In this document: piece by piece, positions 55,444 through 64,000 of the stretch
Layout: each line of letters starts with the position of its first letter
Position numbering within the stretch: the stretch's first letter is position 1
NCBI GenBank assembly: GCA_965368975.1
Contig: CBDUPA010000017.1
Coordinates: forward strand, 1 to 64,000
DNA: 64,000 nt
DNA from: an uncultured bacterium
GTDB taxonomy: Bacteria; Acidobacteriota; Thermoanaerobaculia; Multivoradales; JAHZIX01
Direction of reading: 5' to 3'
Position numbers and translations under genes: made by a program
The notes under the pieces: generated by a model
Database searches by the model: none
The model's input: the letters and a program-made list of their open reading frames with translations, nothing else
Told to the model about the DNA's origin: nothing

Positions 55444-57753
55444 ATGAGCCGACTTACTGTCAGATGGATGTTGCTGCCCCTCTGGTTTCCGCTGCTCTTG
55501 GTCGTGGCGAGCCCGGTCAGAGCGGAGCCGGAGCCGCGCGGTGCAGCGCACAGCGTGCGGCAGCTCCAGCAGCAACTCGACGAGTTTACCGAGCGCTACC
55601 TGGAACTCCACCCACTGGTCGCGACGCTGGTCGGGGACGCGCGTTATGCGGACCGCTTGCCGATCCCGACCGCCGAGTATCGCGCCCAGGTGGTCGCTTT
55701 CTACGACCAGCATCTCGCGCGTCTGGCGGCCTTGCCAGTGCCCGTGTCGAACACCGACGCTCGCCTGACCTACGACGTCTTCGCGCTCGATCTGCGCCGC
55801 GAGCGCGCCGCCCTCGACATCCCCGACCACCTGCTGCCGCTGTCGCATTGGCTCGACAGCCTGCCCAACTACCTGCCCCAGCTGGCCGCCGGCGACGCCG
55901 CGCAGCCCCTGTCGACAGCTGCTGACCACGAACGGTTCCTGCGCCGCCTGCACGCCTTCCCGGTGTGGGTCGATGCCGCCCTGGCCAACCTGCGGCAGGG
56001 ACTGGAGCAGGGCATCGTGCAGTCGTGCGACATCAGCCGGCGCGCACTGCCTCAACTAGCCACGCAGCTGGTCGACGACCCCCGGGACAGTCCTTTCTTT
56101 CGTGTCGTGACGCACTTGCCGTCGGGACTCGGCCCCGACGATCGCGGCCGCTTGAGCGCTGCCTACGAGCAGGTGATCCGCGAACAGTTGGTGCCTGCCT
56201 ACCGCCGTCTGCACGACTTCGTGCGCGATGTCTACCTGCCGCGCTGCCGCGAGTCCCTCTCCTGGGGGGACCTGCCCGGAGGGGGCTCTCTACCCGATGG
56301 TGACACTTGGTACCGGCGGCTGGTGGCACACCACACCACCACAGACTTGACACCGGACGAGATCTTTGATCTCGGTGTGCGCGAAGCGGCACGCATCCGG
56401 CGCAACATGCAGCTACTGCTACGCCGCCTGGGCTTCCAGGATTTTCGTAGCTTCTTCGCCGACATGGGGAGGCGCCGTGGCCTCTACCTCCAGCATCCGG
56501 AGGAGGTGCTGGCCGAGTACCAGCGTCTGGACACGCAGATCCGGACGCGGCTGCCAGAGCTGTTTCCCGCGCTGCCGGGCACGCCGCTGGAGGTTCGCCC
56601 GGTGAGTGCCGAGCTGGCCGCGGCTGCGCCGGGTGGGTACTACACCCGGCCCACGGCCGATGGTGCCCGTCCCGGCATCTTCTGGGTCAATACCGGTATC
56701 GGTGGCGGGTTCTATCCGCGCTTCATCATGGAGTCGCTCTTCCTTCACGAAGGCCTGCCCGGCCATCACTACCAGGCCGCCTTGATGCAGGAGGATACCG
56801 GCCTACCGGCCTACCGGCGTTTCACCCAGACCACCGCCTTCGTCGAGGGCTGGGCCCTGTACGCCGAGACCCTGGGCGAAGACCTGGGCCTCTATCGCGA
56901 CCCCTACCAGCAGTGGGGTGCCTTGGCGTCCGACATGCTGCGCGCCGCCCGCCTGGTCGGCGACGTCGGCCTGCACCACAAGCGCTGGACCCGCGAGCAG
57001 ACCGAGCGCTATCTGACCCGCTGCTGCCTCGGGCTGGGCATCTCCGAGATCGACCGCTGGGCGGTCATTCCAGCACAGGGACTGGCCTACAAGGTGGGGC
57101 AGTTGCGCTTCCTGGAGCTGCGTGAGCGTGCCGAGGAGGTCCTGGACGATCGCTTCGACGTGCGTGAGTTCCACCGGCAAGTGCTGGCCCATGGTGCGCT
57201 GCCGCTCGACTTGTTGGAGCAGCAGGTCGACGCCTGGTTGGCTTCACGGGGCACGAGCGACGAGAGCGAAGGTGAGTGGGTGTCTTGCGACCTCTTCCCG
57301 CCCGAGGACGAGCCCATTGCCGACTGTGCACGGCGCACACCGCAGGGTGTCCTCGAGGTGCGGTCCGAGATCGCCGAGGACGCTTCAGTGCTGATTCTCG
57401 AGGGGCGTCTCCACTTCGTCGCGGCTACGGGGAAGACCGCGGCTGCCTACGTCTTCGACAACGGTCCGGACTACTTCGTCGAGGGGCTGGCGCGCTTCGT
57501 TCGCGATGACAAGATCGGTTTCGTCAACGAGCAGCTGGAGCGCGTCGTGCCCGCCGAGTGGGACTTCGCTTTCCCCTTCGAGGGCGGCGTCGCGAGGGTC
57601 TGTCGCGGTTGCCGGCTGGAGCCGGTCTCACCCGGCGACGAGCATCGGAGCCCGGTGGGCGGCAAGTGGGGTTATGTCGACCCGCAGGGACGTGTGGTAG
57701 TCGCGGTCGAGTACGAGCTGGACGAGCTACCGGCGCCGTCTGGGTCGCTCTAA
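55444..57753 (+). CDS. DUF885 family protein fused to a C-terminal WG-repeat domain
   Basis: Signal peptide; HTTTDLTPDEI, HEGLPGHHYQ, FVEGWALYAE, PAQGLAYKVG, FDVREFH; then DNGPDYFVEGLARF..KIGFVN, FPFEGGVARV, KWGYVD. Confidence 0.85.
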   Translation: MSRLTVRWMLLPLWFPLLLVVASPVRAEPEPRGAAHSVRQLQQQLDEFTERYLELHPLVATLVGDARYADRLPIPTAEYRAQVVAFYDQHLARLAALPVPVSNTDARLTYDVFALDLRRERAALDIPDHLLPLSHWLDSLPNYLPQLAAGDAAQPLSTAADHERFLRRLHAFPVWVDAALANLRQGLEQGIVQSCDISRRALPQLATQLVDDPRDSPFFRVVTHLPSGLGPDDRGRLSAAYEQVIREQLVPAYRRLHDFVRDVYLPRCRESLSWGDLPGGGSLPDGDTWYRRLVAHHTTTDLTPDEIFDLGVREAARIRRNMQLLLRRLGFQDFRSFFADMGRRRGLYLQHPEEVLAEYQRLDTQIRTRLPELFPALPGTPLEVRPVSAELAAAAPGGYYTRPTADGARPGIFWVNTGIGGGFYPRFIMESLFLHEGLPGHHYQAALMQEDTGLPAYRRFTQTTAFVEGWALYAETLGEDLGLYRDPYQQWGALASDMLRAARLVGDVGLHHKRWTREQTERYLTRCCLGLGISEIDRWAVIPAQGLAYKVGQLRFLELRERAEEVLDDRFDVREFHRQVLAHGALPLDLLEQQVDAWLASRGTSDESEGEWVSCDLFPPEDEPIADCARRTPQGVLEVRSEIAEDASVLILEGRLHFVAATGKTAAAYVFDNGPDYFVEGLARFVRDDKIGFVNEQLERVVPAEWDFAFPFEGGVARVCRGCRLEPVSPGDEHRSPVGGKWGYVDPQGRVVVAVEYELDELPAPSGSL

Positions 57754-57754
57754 G

Positions 57755-58102
57755 CTACTGTTGCGACTTGGACGTATTGCTCTCGCCCTTGGTCGGCTTC
57801 GCGTCGCTCTTGCTGTCGGAAGAGCTCGAGCCGCTGTCCGACTTGCTGTCGCTGGAACTACTGCTGTCGGACGTGCCGCCAGAATCGCCGCTGGAGCTGG
57901 ACGACGAGCCGGCGCCCTTCTTGTTCTTGTCGGCGTAGTCGGTAACGTACCAGCCGCTACCCTTGAACTTGAAGGCCGGGGCGGACACCAGCTTGCGCGT
58001 CTCGCCCTCGCACTCGGGGCAGGGCGGCGCGGGGTCGTTGAGCTTCTGCAGGACTTCCGTACGGTGATGGCACTTGGTGCATTCGTATTCGTACAGTGGC
58101 AT
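57755..58102 (-). CDS. FmdB-family zinc-ribbon protein
   Basis: MPLYEYECTKC...CPEC, FKFKGSGWYVTDY, Ser-rich tail. Confidence 0.92.
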   Translation of the reverse strand: MPLYEYECTKCHHRTEVLQKLNDPAPPCPECEGETRKLVSAPAFKFKGSGWYVTDYADKNKKGAGSSSSSSGDSGGTSDSSSSSDSKSDSGSSSSDSKSDAKPTKGESNTSKSQQ

Positions 58103-58211
58103 GACGGTCTCCTGCGCGGTCGGTCGTGACAGCTGGAGCTGGACGGATCGCCGCGCTCGAGGTGATCAGAGCACAGGGTCTGGGTTGGGGGGGGGCTGCG
58201 GGTACGCTGGA

Positions 58212-58979
58212 TCAGGCGTCGGGTTCGACGTTGATCTTCATCACGCCGCCACCGGTTTCTTCTTCGGAGCGGCGGCGGATCAGTTGCAGGACCTGGAAGG
58301 CGTAGAGCAGCTTGGCGTTCTCGGGTGGCGCCATGGGGCCGTTGGAGCAGATGTGGTACAAGCTGCGCTTGCCGTTGATCAGCTCCAGCAATTCGTACTC
58401 GGTCTCGTCGAGGGCCAGTTCGATGATGTCCTCGATCGAGTAGTCCGGCGCGAACATGGTTTCTTTCTTGCCCAGACGGTTGATCAGCGACTTGGCGTTG
58501 GGGGCCTGCTTGATGCCCTGCAGGATCACCTGGCGCATGGGTAGCTGGATGCGCATCATCCCGGCTTCCTTGAACTCGCCGATGCTGAAGGTGACCTTAC
58601 CCTCGTCGAGGTAGAAGAGGCTCCACACGATCGACTCGATCTGCTCGCGGATGACTTCGTAGACCTCGTCCGGCGGCAGAATGTGTCGCTCGACCAGCAG
58701 TGCACCGTAGCGCTTGTTGAGCTTCTCGCGCTCGCGCATGGTGGCGGCGAAGACCTCGGTGGTCAGGCGGCCGGTGCGGTGCAGATAGTCTCCCAGGCTG
58801 TCTTCGCGGTCACTGGAGGACGCGTGGATGACGTTGCCTTCCTTGATGTAGATGCGCTTGACCACGTTCTCGCGAGTGACTTCGATCACGCCGGGAACCT
58901 GGAAACGGTCAATGGTGAACAGCATCTCCGGCAGCGCGGACTTGGAGAGGTCGCCTCGATATTGAAAATTGCGTTCCAC
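58212..58979 (-). CDS. DUF4388 (PatA-N-like) domain protein
   Basis: YRGDLS..LPEML, GVIEV, IYIKEGNVIHASS, SLGDYL...G, G..TF, winged-helix-like C-terminus. Confidence 0.78.
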   Translation of the reverse strand: MERNFQYRGDLSKSALPEMLFTIDRFQVPGVIEVTRENVVKRIYIKEGNVIHASSSDREDSLGDYLHRTGRLTTEVFAATMREREKLNKRYGALLVERHILPPDEVYEVIREQIESIVWSLFYLDEGKVTFSIGEFKEAGMMRIQLPMRQVILQGIKQAPNAKSLINRLGKKETMFAPDYSIEDIIELALDETEYELLELINGKRSLYHICSNGPMAPPENAKLLYAFQVLQLIRRRSEEETGGGVMKINVEPDA

Positions 58980-59062
58980 GGTGTCTCTTCAGGGGACCAG
59001 AGGTTCAAGGGAAGTGCCGCGCGCGTCTGGGCACGCAACTCATTGAGTATAGCATTGCGGTT

Positions 59063-60388
59063 ATGGAAACCACTGCTCCCAATGCCGCTCCCGCCTCCGG
59101 GTCCGCAGAGTCACACGGCCGCTTGCTACCCGGGCCGGAAGCCTGGCAACGCCTGGACCGCTTCTTACGGCCGCTGCCGGCGCAGCGCATCGAGCGCCTG
59201 CGTGCTCTTGACCGGGTGCTGGCCGCACCGCTGTGTGCCCGCGTCGACGTGCCGGCGCTCGACGTTTCGGCGATGGACGGCTTCGCCCTGGCGGGGGAGA
59301 CCCCGGGTGGCGGCGGTGAGGGTTCCGGGGTGCGCTTGCCGGTCGTCGGTACGGTGGCGGCGGGTGACGCACCCGGCGCCGAGTTACCGGCCGGCAGCGC
59401 GCTGCGCATCTTCACCGGCGCACCGGTACCGGCCGGGGCGGACCGCGTGGTGATCGTCGAGTCGACGGTGCCGGTATCTGAAGAAGATGGAGCCGTTGAC
59501 GCTGCGAGGGACGCTGCGCACGAAGAGATCCTGGTGCAGGCGTGGCCCGCGGCGGGCGCCAACATCCGGCGCCGCGGCGAGGTCCTGACGGCGGGTGCTG
59601 GTCTTCTCGGTCAGGGGGCGCTGGTGACCCCCGGTGGCCTGGGCCTGCTGGCGACGCACGGTTACGGGGAGGTTCCGATCCACCGGCCGCCGCGCGTGGC
59701 ACTGCTGCCCACTGGCGACGAGGTCGTACCGCCGGAGCAGGAACCGGCACCCGGGCAGCTGCGCGACAGCCACACCGACTTCCTGCTCGGTGCCGGGGTG
59801 TCCCTGGGCCTGCGCTTCTTCCCGCTTGGCATCGCGCCGGACGAGCCCGAGCGTTTACGCGAGTTGATCCGCCAGGGTCTGCACTACGACGTGCTCGTGC
59901 TCACCGGCGGTGTGTCAGTGGGCGAGCGCGACCTGGTGGCCGGCATGCTACGCGAGCTGGGTTGCGAGATCTTGTTCCGTCGGCTCGCTATCCAGCCGGC
60001 CAAGCCGGTCCTGGCAGCGGTGCACGGCGGGGGGCTGGTGTTCGGCTTGCCGGGCAACCCGGCGTCGGCGATGGTCGGCTTCTGGCTCTTCGTCCGGCCG
60101 GCGCTGCGGCGCCTGATGGGGTACAAGGACGGCTATCTCGAAGGGGTGCTGCAGGGGGAGCTGATGGCTCCTCTACCTGGCGCCAAAGGCCGTGACCGAT
60201 TCCTCCCGTCGCGGATTGCTTTCCGCGCCGGTCGTCTGGAGGTGACACCGGTTCCGCCGGTGGGTTCGCACGATGTCGCCGCCTATGCCTGCGGCACGGC
60301 GCTGGCGCGCATTCCCGCGCACGCGAAGCCGAAGTCAGCAGGGGAGATGTGCGAGGTGTTACCGCTGGTCGACTGGCGTTCCGGCTAA
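59063..60388 (+). CDS. moeA: Molybdopterin molybdotransferase
   Basis: SAMDGFA, RIFTGAPVPAGAD.V..VE, NIRRRGE, TGDEV, TGGVSVG, IQPAKP, FGLPGNPAS. Confidence 0.95.
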   Translation: METTAPNAAPASGSAESHGRLLPGPEAWQRLDRFLRPLPAQRIERLRALDRVLAAPLCARVDVPALDVSAMDGFALAGETPGGGGEGSGVRLPVVGTVAAGDAPGAELPAGSALRIFTGAPVPAGADRVVIVESTVPVSEEDGAVDAARDAAHEEILVQAWPAAGANIRRRGEVLTAGAGLLGQGALVTPGGLGLLATHGYGEVPIHRPPRVALLPTGDEVVPPEQEPAPGQLRDSHTDFLLGAGVSLGLRFFPLGIAPDEPERLRELIRQGLHYDVLVLTGGVSVGERDLVAGMLRELGCEILFRRLAIQPAKPVLAAVHGGGLVFGLPGNPASAMVGFWLFVRPALRRLMGYKDGYLEGVLQGELMAPLPGAKGRDRFLPSRIAFRAGRLEVTPVPPVGSHDVAAYACGTALARIPAHAKPKSAGEMCEVLPLVDWRSG

Positions 60389-60399
60389 CGAGGCTGGGG

Positions 60400-62784
60400 T
60401 CAGCGGGTTTCCGGTGGTGGCTGCAGGATCTGGCGCTCGATCTCGGTCGCCTCGTCGCCGCGGCCCAGGGCTTCCAGCAACTCGGCGTAGGCACGCAGGG
60501 CTTGCTGGTAGGTGGAGTGCTCGGGTGGCAGGGTATTGTGCATGTGGTCCAGCAAGGTTTCGTACAGGCCGACGGCCTCGGCTTGGCGGGCCGGTTGCCG
60601 GGCCAGCACGTCGATGCGCAGCTTCTCTGCGAACAGAGTGCGCGCGTGATCCGCGCCGAGTAGTTTGCTGCGCGTCTCCCGGACCTGACGATACAGTTCC
60701 TCGGCCTCCTCCAGGCGGTCCAAGTCGACGTAGACGGACGCGAGGTTGAGCTGGCTCAGGGTCGTGCTGAAATGCTCGGGGCCGAGCTGCTGCAGCTGGA
60801 TCTCCAGCGCGCGCTGGCACGCTTGGAGGGCCAGGTCGTGACGCTCGGTCTTGTCGTAGGTGACGCACAGGCCGACGAGCGCAGCGGCGACTCTCGGGTG
60901 CTCCTCGCCATAAGCAGCCGTGTAGGTGGCGGCTGCGCGGCGAAACAAGGCCTCGGCTTCCTGCTGGTTGCCCTGGGAGCCACGCAGTGAGCCGAGTCGC
61001 AGCAGGCTTGTGGCCAGGTCGGGGTCGTCCTCGGGCAAGTTGTCTTGCTGGATCGCGAGGCTGCGCACGAGAAGTGCTTCGGCTTGCTGCAGGTCGCCCT
61101 GGCTGCCGTAGTAGCCGGCGAGATAGCTGAGGGTTCGGCCCAGCGCCGGGTGGTCCTTGCCCAGCTTGGTCTCCTGGATCTCTCGCGCGCGCAGCAGCAG
61201 CTGCTCAGCTTCCGGGCCACGACCCTGCCTCCAGCGCAGGAAGCCCAGGCTGCCCAGCACGCCGGCGACGCTCGGGTGTTCCTCGCCGTGCAGCTCGCGG
61301 CGCAAGTCGAGAGCTTCGAGGAGCAAGGCTTCGGCCTGCTCGGTCTGTCCGAGGTTGATGTAGGCGGTGGCGATCGCCTCGAGCAACCGTGCCCGCGTCT
61401 CGGGTTGCCGTCGCAGCTGCTTGGCGAGGCGAGCGGCGCCTTTGTCGAGGAGTTCGCGGGCGGTCAGCGAGCCGGTATCCGAGCTCTGGATGTCGGCACG
61501 CTGGAACAGGCTGGTCAGGAAGCGCGACACCTCTTCGGCAGCGTGAGCTTCCTGCTGGGCTCGGGCAGCCTGTACTCGGGCCTGGCGCGCGAAGATCAGA
61601 GCACTGGTCAAGGCTGCAACTAGCACGAGGAGGCCAAGGCCGGCTGCGATCACCGATCTTTGGTGGCGGCGAACATACTTGCTCAGCCGATAGCGCCGGC
61701 TCGTGGGCGCCACGCTCACTGCCTGGTGGTGCAGGTAGCGGTCGATCTCGGCGCCCAGGGCCGAAGCGGATGGATAGCGTTGGTCGCGGTCGCGCTGGAT
61801 CGCCTTGGCGACAATCCAGCTCAGATCACCATGCAGACGCCTTTGGAGAGTGGCGGCGTCGAGACCGCGCAGGGCTGCCAGCTGCGCTTGCTTCTCGGGC
61901 GGCAGGCGCGCGAAGTGCTGGTCTAAAGGCGGCTGGTCTTCTTCCAGCGCCCGGCGGATGGCGCGCACCATGTTGGCGCCGTCCAGTTCCAGCGGCAGCA
62001 GGCCGACCAGCAGCTTGTAGAGCAGCATGCCCAGGGCGTAGACATCGACCCGCACGTCGCTGGCGTCGCTTGCTTGCTGGTCGTCACTGGAGAGGATCGC
62101 TTCGGGACTGAGGTACACTGGCGTGCCGATCAAGCCTTGGGTCAGCGCCCGGCTCTCGTGCAGGGGGGTGTCCAGGCCCTTGGCGATACCGAAGTCGATG
62201 ATTTTGGGGGTGACCTGGTTGCCCTCTTCCTTGACCAGCACATTGCCGGGCTTGAGATCGCGGTGGATCAGCGCCTTCTGGTGCGCGTGCTGGACGGCGT
62301 TGCAGGCCTGGCGGAATAGCTCCAGGCGACGCTCGAGGGGTAGCTGATGCTGGTCGCAGTAGTCCGTGATCGACGGCCCGTCGACGAACTCCATGACCAG
62401 GAAATTGTGTCCTTCTTCGGTGAGGCCAGCGCCGTAGAGGTGAGCGATGCCGCCGTGGTTCATGCGTGCCATGGCCCTCGCCTCGGCCTGGAAGCGCAGC
62501 TCGGCGTCGGTGCCGCGTAGGGCCTTGTCCAGCAGTTTGACCGCCACCCGGCGCTGTACCGGGCGTATTTGTTCTGCCAGGTAGACCGTACCCATGCCGC
62601 CCATGCCGAGGACTTCGAGAATGCGATAGTGGCCGATCCGGTGCGGGTGCTGCCCAGCCCACTCGATGGGTACTTCGCGGCTGAAGTCGCCGGAAGGGGT
62701 GTCGGGGCGCTGCACGGTATTCTCGGCAGAGGTGCTCTCGGCAGAGGTGTTCTCCGTGCTGCTACCTGAAGACTGTCGGTTCAT
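60400..62784 (-). CDS. Ser/Thr protein kinase with TM segment and C-terminal TPR repeats
   Basis: LGMGGMGTVY, VAVK, HRDLKPGN, DFGIAK, GTPVYLSPE, DVYALG; TM; kinesin-light-chain-like TPRs (LG.DHP). ATGA overlap with the upstream gene. Confidence 0.93.
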   Translation of the reverse strand: MNRQSSGSSTENTSAESTSAENTVQRPDTPSGDFSREVPIEWAGQHPHRIGHYRILEVLGMGGMGTVYLAEQIRPVQRRVAVKLLDKALRGTDAELRFQAEARAMARMNHGGIAHLYGAGLTEEGHNFLVMEFVDGPSITDYCDQHQLPLERRLELFRQACNAVQHAHQKALIHRDLKPGNVLVKEEGNQVTPKIIDFGIAKGLDTPLHESRALTQGLIGTPVYLSPEAILSSDDQQASDASDVRVDVYALGMLLYKLLVGLLPLELDGANMVRAIRRALEEDQPPLDQHFARLPPEKQAQLAALRGLDAATLQRRLHGDLSWIVAKAIQRDRDQRYPSASALGAEIDRYLHHQAVSVAPTSRRYRLSKYVRRHQRSVIAAGLGLLVLVAALTSALIFARQARVQAARAQQEAHAAEEVSRFLTSLFQRADIQSSDTGSLTARELLDKGAARLAKQLRRQPETRARLLEAIATAYINLGQTEQAEALLLEALDLRRELHGEEHPSVAGVLGSLGFLRWRQGRGPEAEQLLLRAREIQETKLGKDHPALGRTLSYLAGYYGSQGDLQQAEALLVRSLAIQQDNLPEDDPDLATSLLRLGSLRGSQGNQQEAEALFRRAAATYTAAYGEEHPRVAAALVGLCVTYDKTERHDLALQACQRALEIQLQQLGPEHFSTTLSQLNLASVYVDLDRLEEAEELYRQVRETRSKLLGADHARTLFAEKLRIDVLARQPARQAEAVGLYETLLDHMHNTLPPEHSTYQQALRAYAELLEALGRGDEATEIERQILQPPPETR

Positions 62785-63998
62785 GAAGTCGGTTCCGCAG
62801 GGTCCGCCCCAGAATCACCGGTACTTGCTTCTGGGGCGAGAGTGTCATCCGTGACCGGCGGCGTCTGCTCCAGCAGCTGGCGTTCGATCTCGACCGCCTG
62901 GTCATCGCGGCCCAGCCGGTGCAGAAGCTCGGCGTAGTCGTTGAGGGCTTCGCGCCGTTGCGGGTGATCCCGCGGTAGGCTGTGACGCTGCTGGTCAAGC
63001 AAATCTTCGAAGAGCTGCAGTGCTTCTTCACCCTTGGCGGGCTGCTCGGTGGCCTGCGCGCCGAGGGTCACCGCCAAGCTGTCCTGCACGGCCAGTGTGC
63101 GTGCGTGCCCGGGCTGCAGGCTCCGGCGCCGTGTCTCGAGCGCTGCACGCAGCAAGGGCTCGGCGTCTGCAAAGCGCTGCTGCCGCATATAGAGAGCGGC
63201 CAGGTTGAACTGGCTTTGGCTGGTCTTGACGTGGTCGGGGCCGAGATGCTCCAAGCGGATCTCCAGCGAGCGTCGGCAGGCCTCGTCAGCTTGTTGCCAT
63301 CGCTCGAGAGACCCTAGCGTCAAGCACTGCCCTGCCAGGACGTCACCGATCACGGGGTGACGGTTGCCCTGGATCTCGGTGAACAGCTCGAGGGCCAGTT
63401 CGTACTTCCGCTGGGCCTGTGCCATATCGCCCTGTCCAGCTTGCAGCGAGCCCATGCGGAAGAGATTGACGGCGCGCTGCCGCAGGTCGACGTCCGACTG
63501 TACCGCCTGGATGTCGAGTGCGCGCTGCAGGATCGTTTCGGCCTCGGCCAAGCGGCCGGACTGGCCCAACAAGCCACCGAGCAGGCTGAGCGTCTCGACG
63601 ACTTCGGGGGCGTTCCAGTCCAGTTGCTCCTGCTGGATCTCGAGCGCCCGGTGCAGGAGCTGTTCGGCTTCCGCCTCGCGCCCCTGCGTCCAGCGCAAGA
63701 AGCCGAGCGCCTGCAGGGCTTCGGCGATCTTGGGGTGTTGCTCGCCATGCTGCTGCCGGATCAGTTCCAGAGCCCTGGTGAGCATCGCTTCGGCTTCCTC
63801 GCGCTGCTGGAGATTGGTGTAGGCGCGGCCGATCGCCAGGAGTAGCTCGGAGCGGGTCTCGGGCTGGTTGCGCAGATCCTCGTGGATCAAGCGCGCGCCG
63901 CGGTTGAGCAGGTCGCGAGCGGAAGCGTCGCCGGCGTTGCCGGTGGTCGGGTCGGCCTGGCCGAAGAGATCGACCAGGAACTGCGCCACTTGTTGCGC
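62781..63998 (-). CDS. TPR-containing C-terminal part of a paralogous kinase-TPR protein (5' end outside the window)
   Basis: FLVDLF..ADP, ARDLL.RGA, QPETR; TPR repeats collinear with the 60400..62784 C-terminus. The frame is open to the window edge. Confidence 0.85.
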   Translation of the reverse strand, partial: AQQVAQFLVDLFGQADPTTGNAGDASARDLLNRGARLIHEDLRNQPETRSELLLAIGRAYTNLQQREEAEAMLTRALELIRQQHGEQHPKIAEALQALGFLRWTQGREAEAEQLLHRALEIQQEQLDWNAPEVVETLSLLGGLLGQSGRLAEAETILQRALDIQAVQSDVDLRQRAVNLFRMGSLQAGQGDMAQAQRKYELALELFTEIQGNRHPVIGDVLAGQCLTLGSLERWQQADEACRRSLEIRLEHLGPDHVKTSQSQFNLAALYMRQQRFADAEPLLRAALETRRRSLQPGHARTLAVQDSLAVTLGAQATEQPAKGEEALQLFEDLLDQQRHSLPRDHPQRREALNDYAELLHRLGRDDQAVEIERQLLEQTPPVTDDTLAPEASTGDSGADPAEPTS

Positions 63999-64000
63999 TG

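Noticed and set aside
58187-58195. G9 homopolymer as a phase-variation tract
   Set aside because: It is intergenic, short for a high-GC genome and has no identifiable promoter elements around it.

Overview
This is a high-GC bacterial chromosomal window, most likely from Acidobacteriota (Thermoanaerobaculia-like). That placement is an inference from the Oar-type TonB receptors, kinase-TPR proteins, a lineage-typical C-terminal domain and LxLSRETL peptide leaders. Recognisable housekeeping genes are prfC, CIRCE-controlled groES-groEL and moeA. Several tandem paralog pairs occur: TonB-dependent receptors, DUF3857/transglutaminase proteins, lysyl-endopeptidase-like proteases and kinase-TPR proteins. 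The main candidate for an undescribed system is a ~19.4 kb, tightly coupled 7-gene minus-strand operon (31304 to 11927). It encodes an FHA-like/SEDS (FtsW/RodA-like) protein, a 1399-aa penicillin-binding transpeptidase with intact SxxK/SxN/KTG motifs, a large FHA-like cytoplasmic protein, a divergent Hsp70/actin-fold ATPase, a small hypothetical protein, and two paralogous single-pass membrane proteins whose C-termini resemble the GrpE head domain. A second notable locus (44422 to 33450) has two orphan double-glycine RiPP precursors, one of them missing from the ORF track. They sit upstream of a starter-less, TE-less hybrid PKS-NRPS, a polysaccharide deacetylase and a GT2 glycosyltransferase. 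The dead KR domain of the PKS carries in-frame GTAG-type REP palindromes. No rRNA, tRNA, CRISPR array or transposase was recognised. All calls come from reading motifs by eye; no database searches were run.
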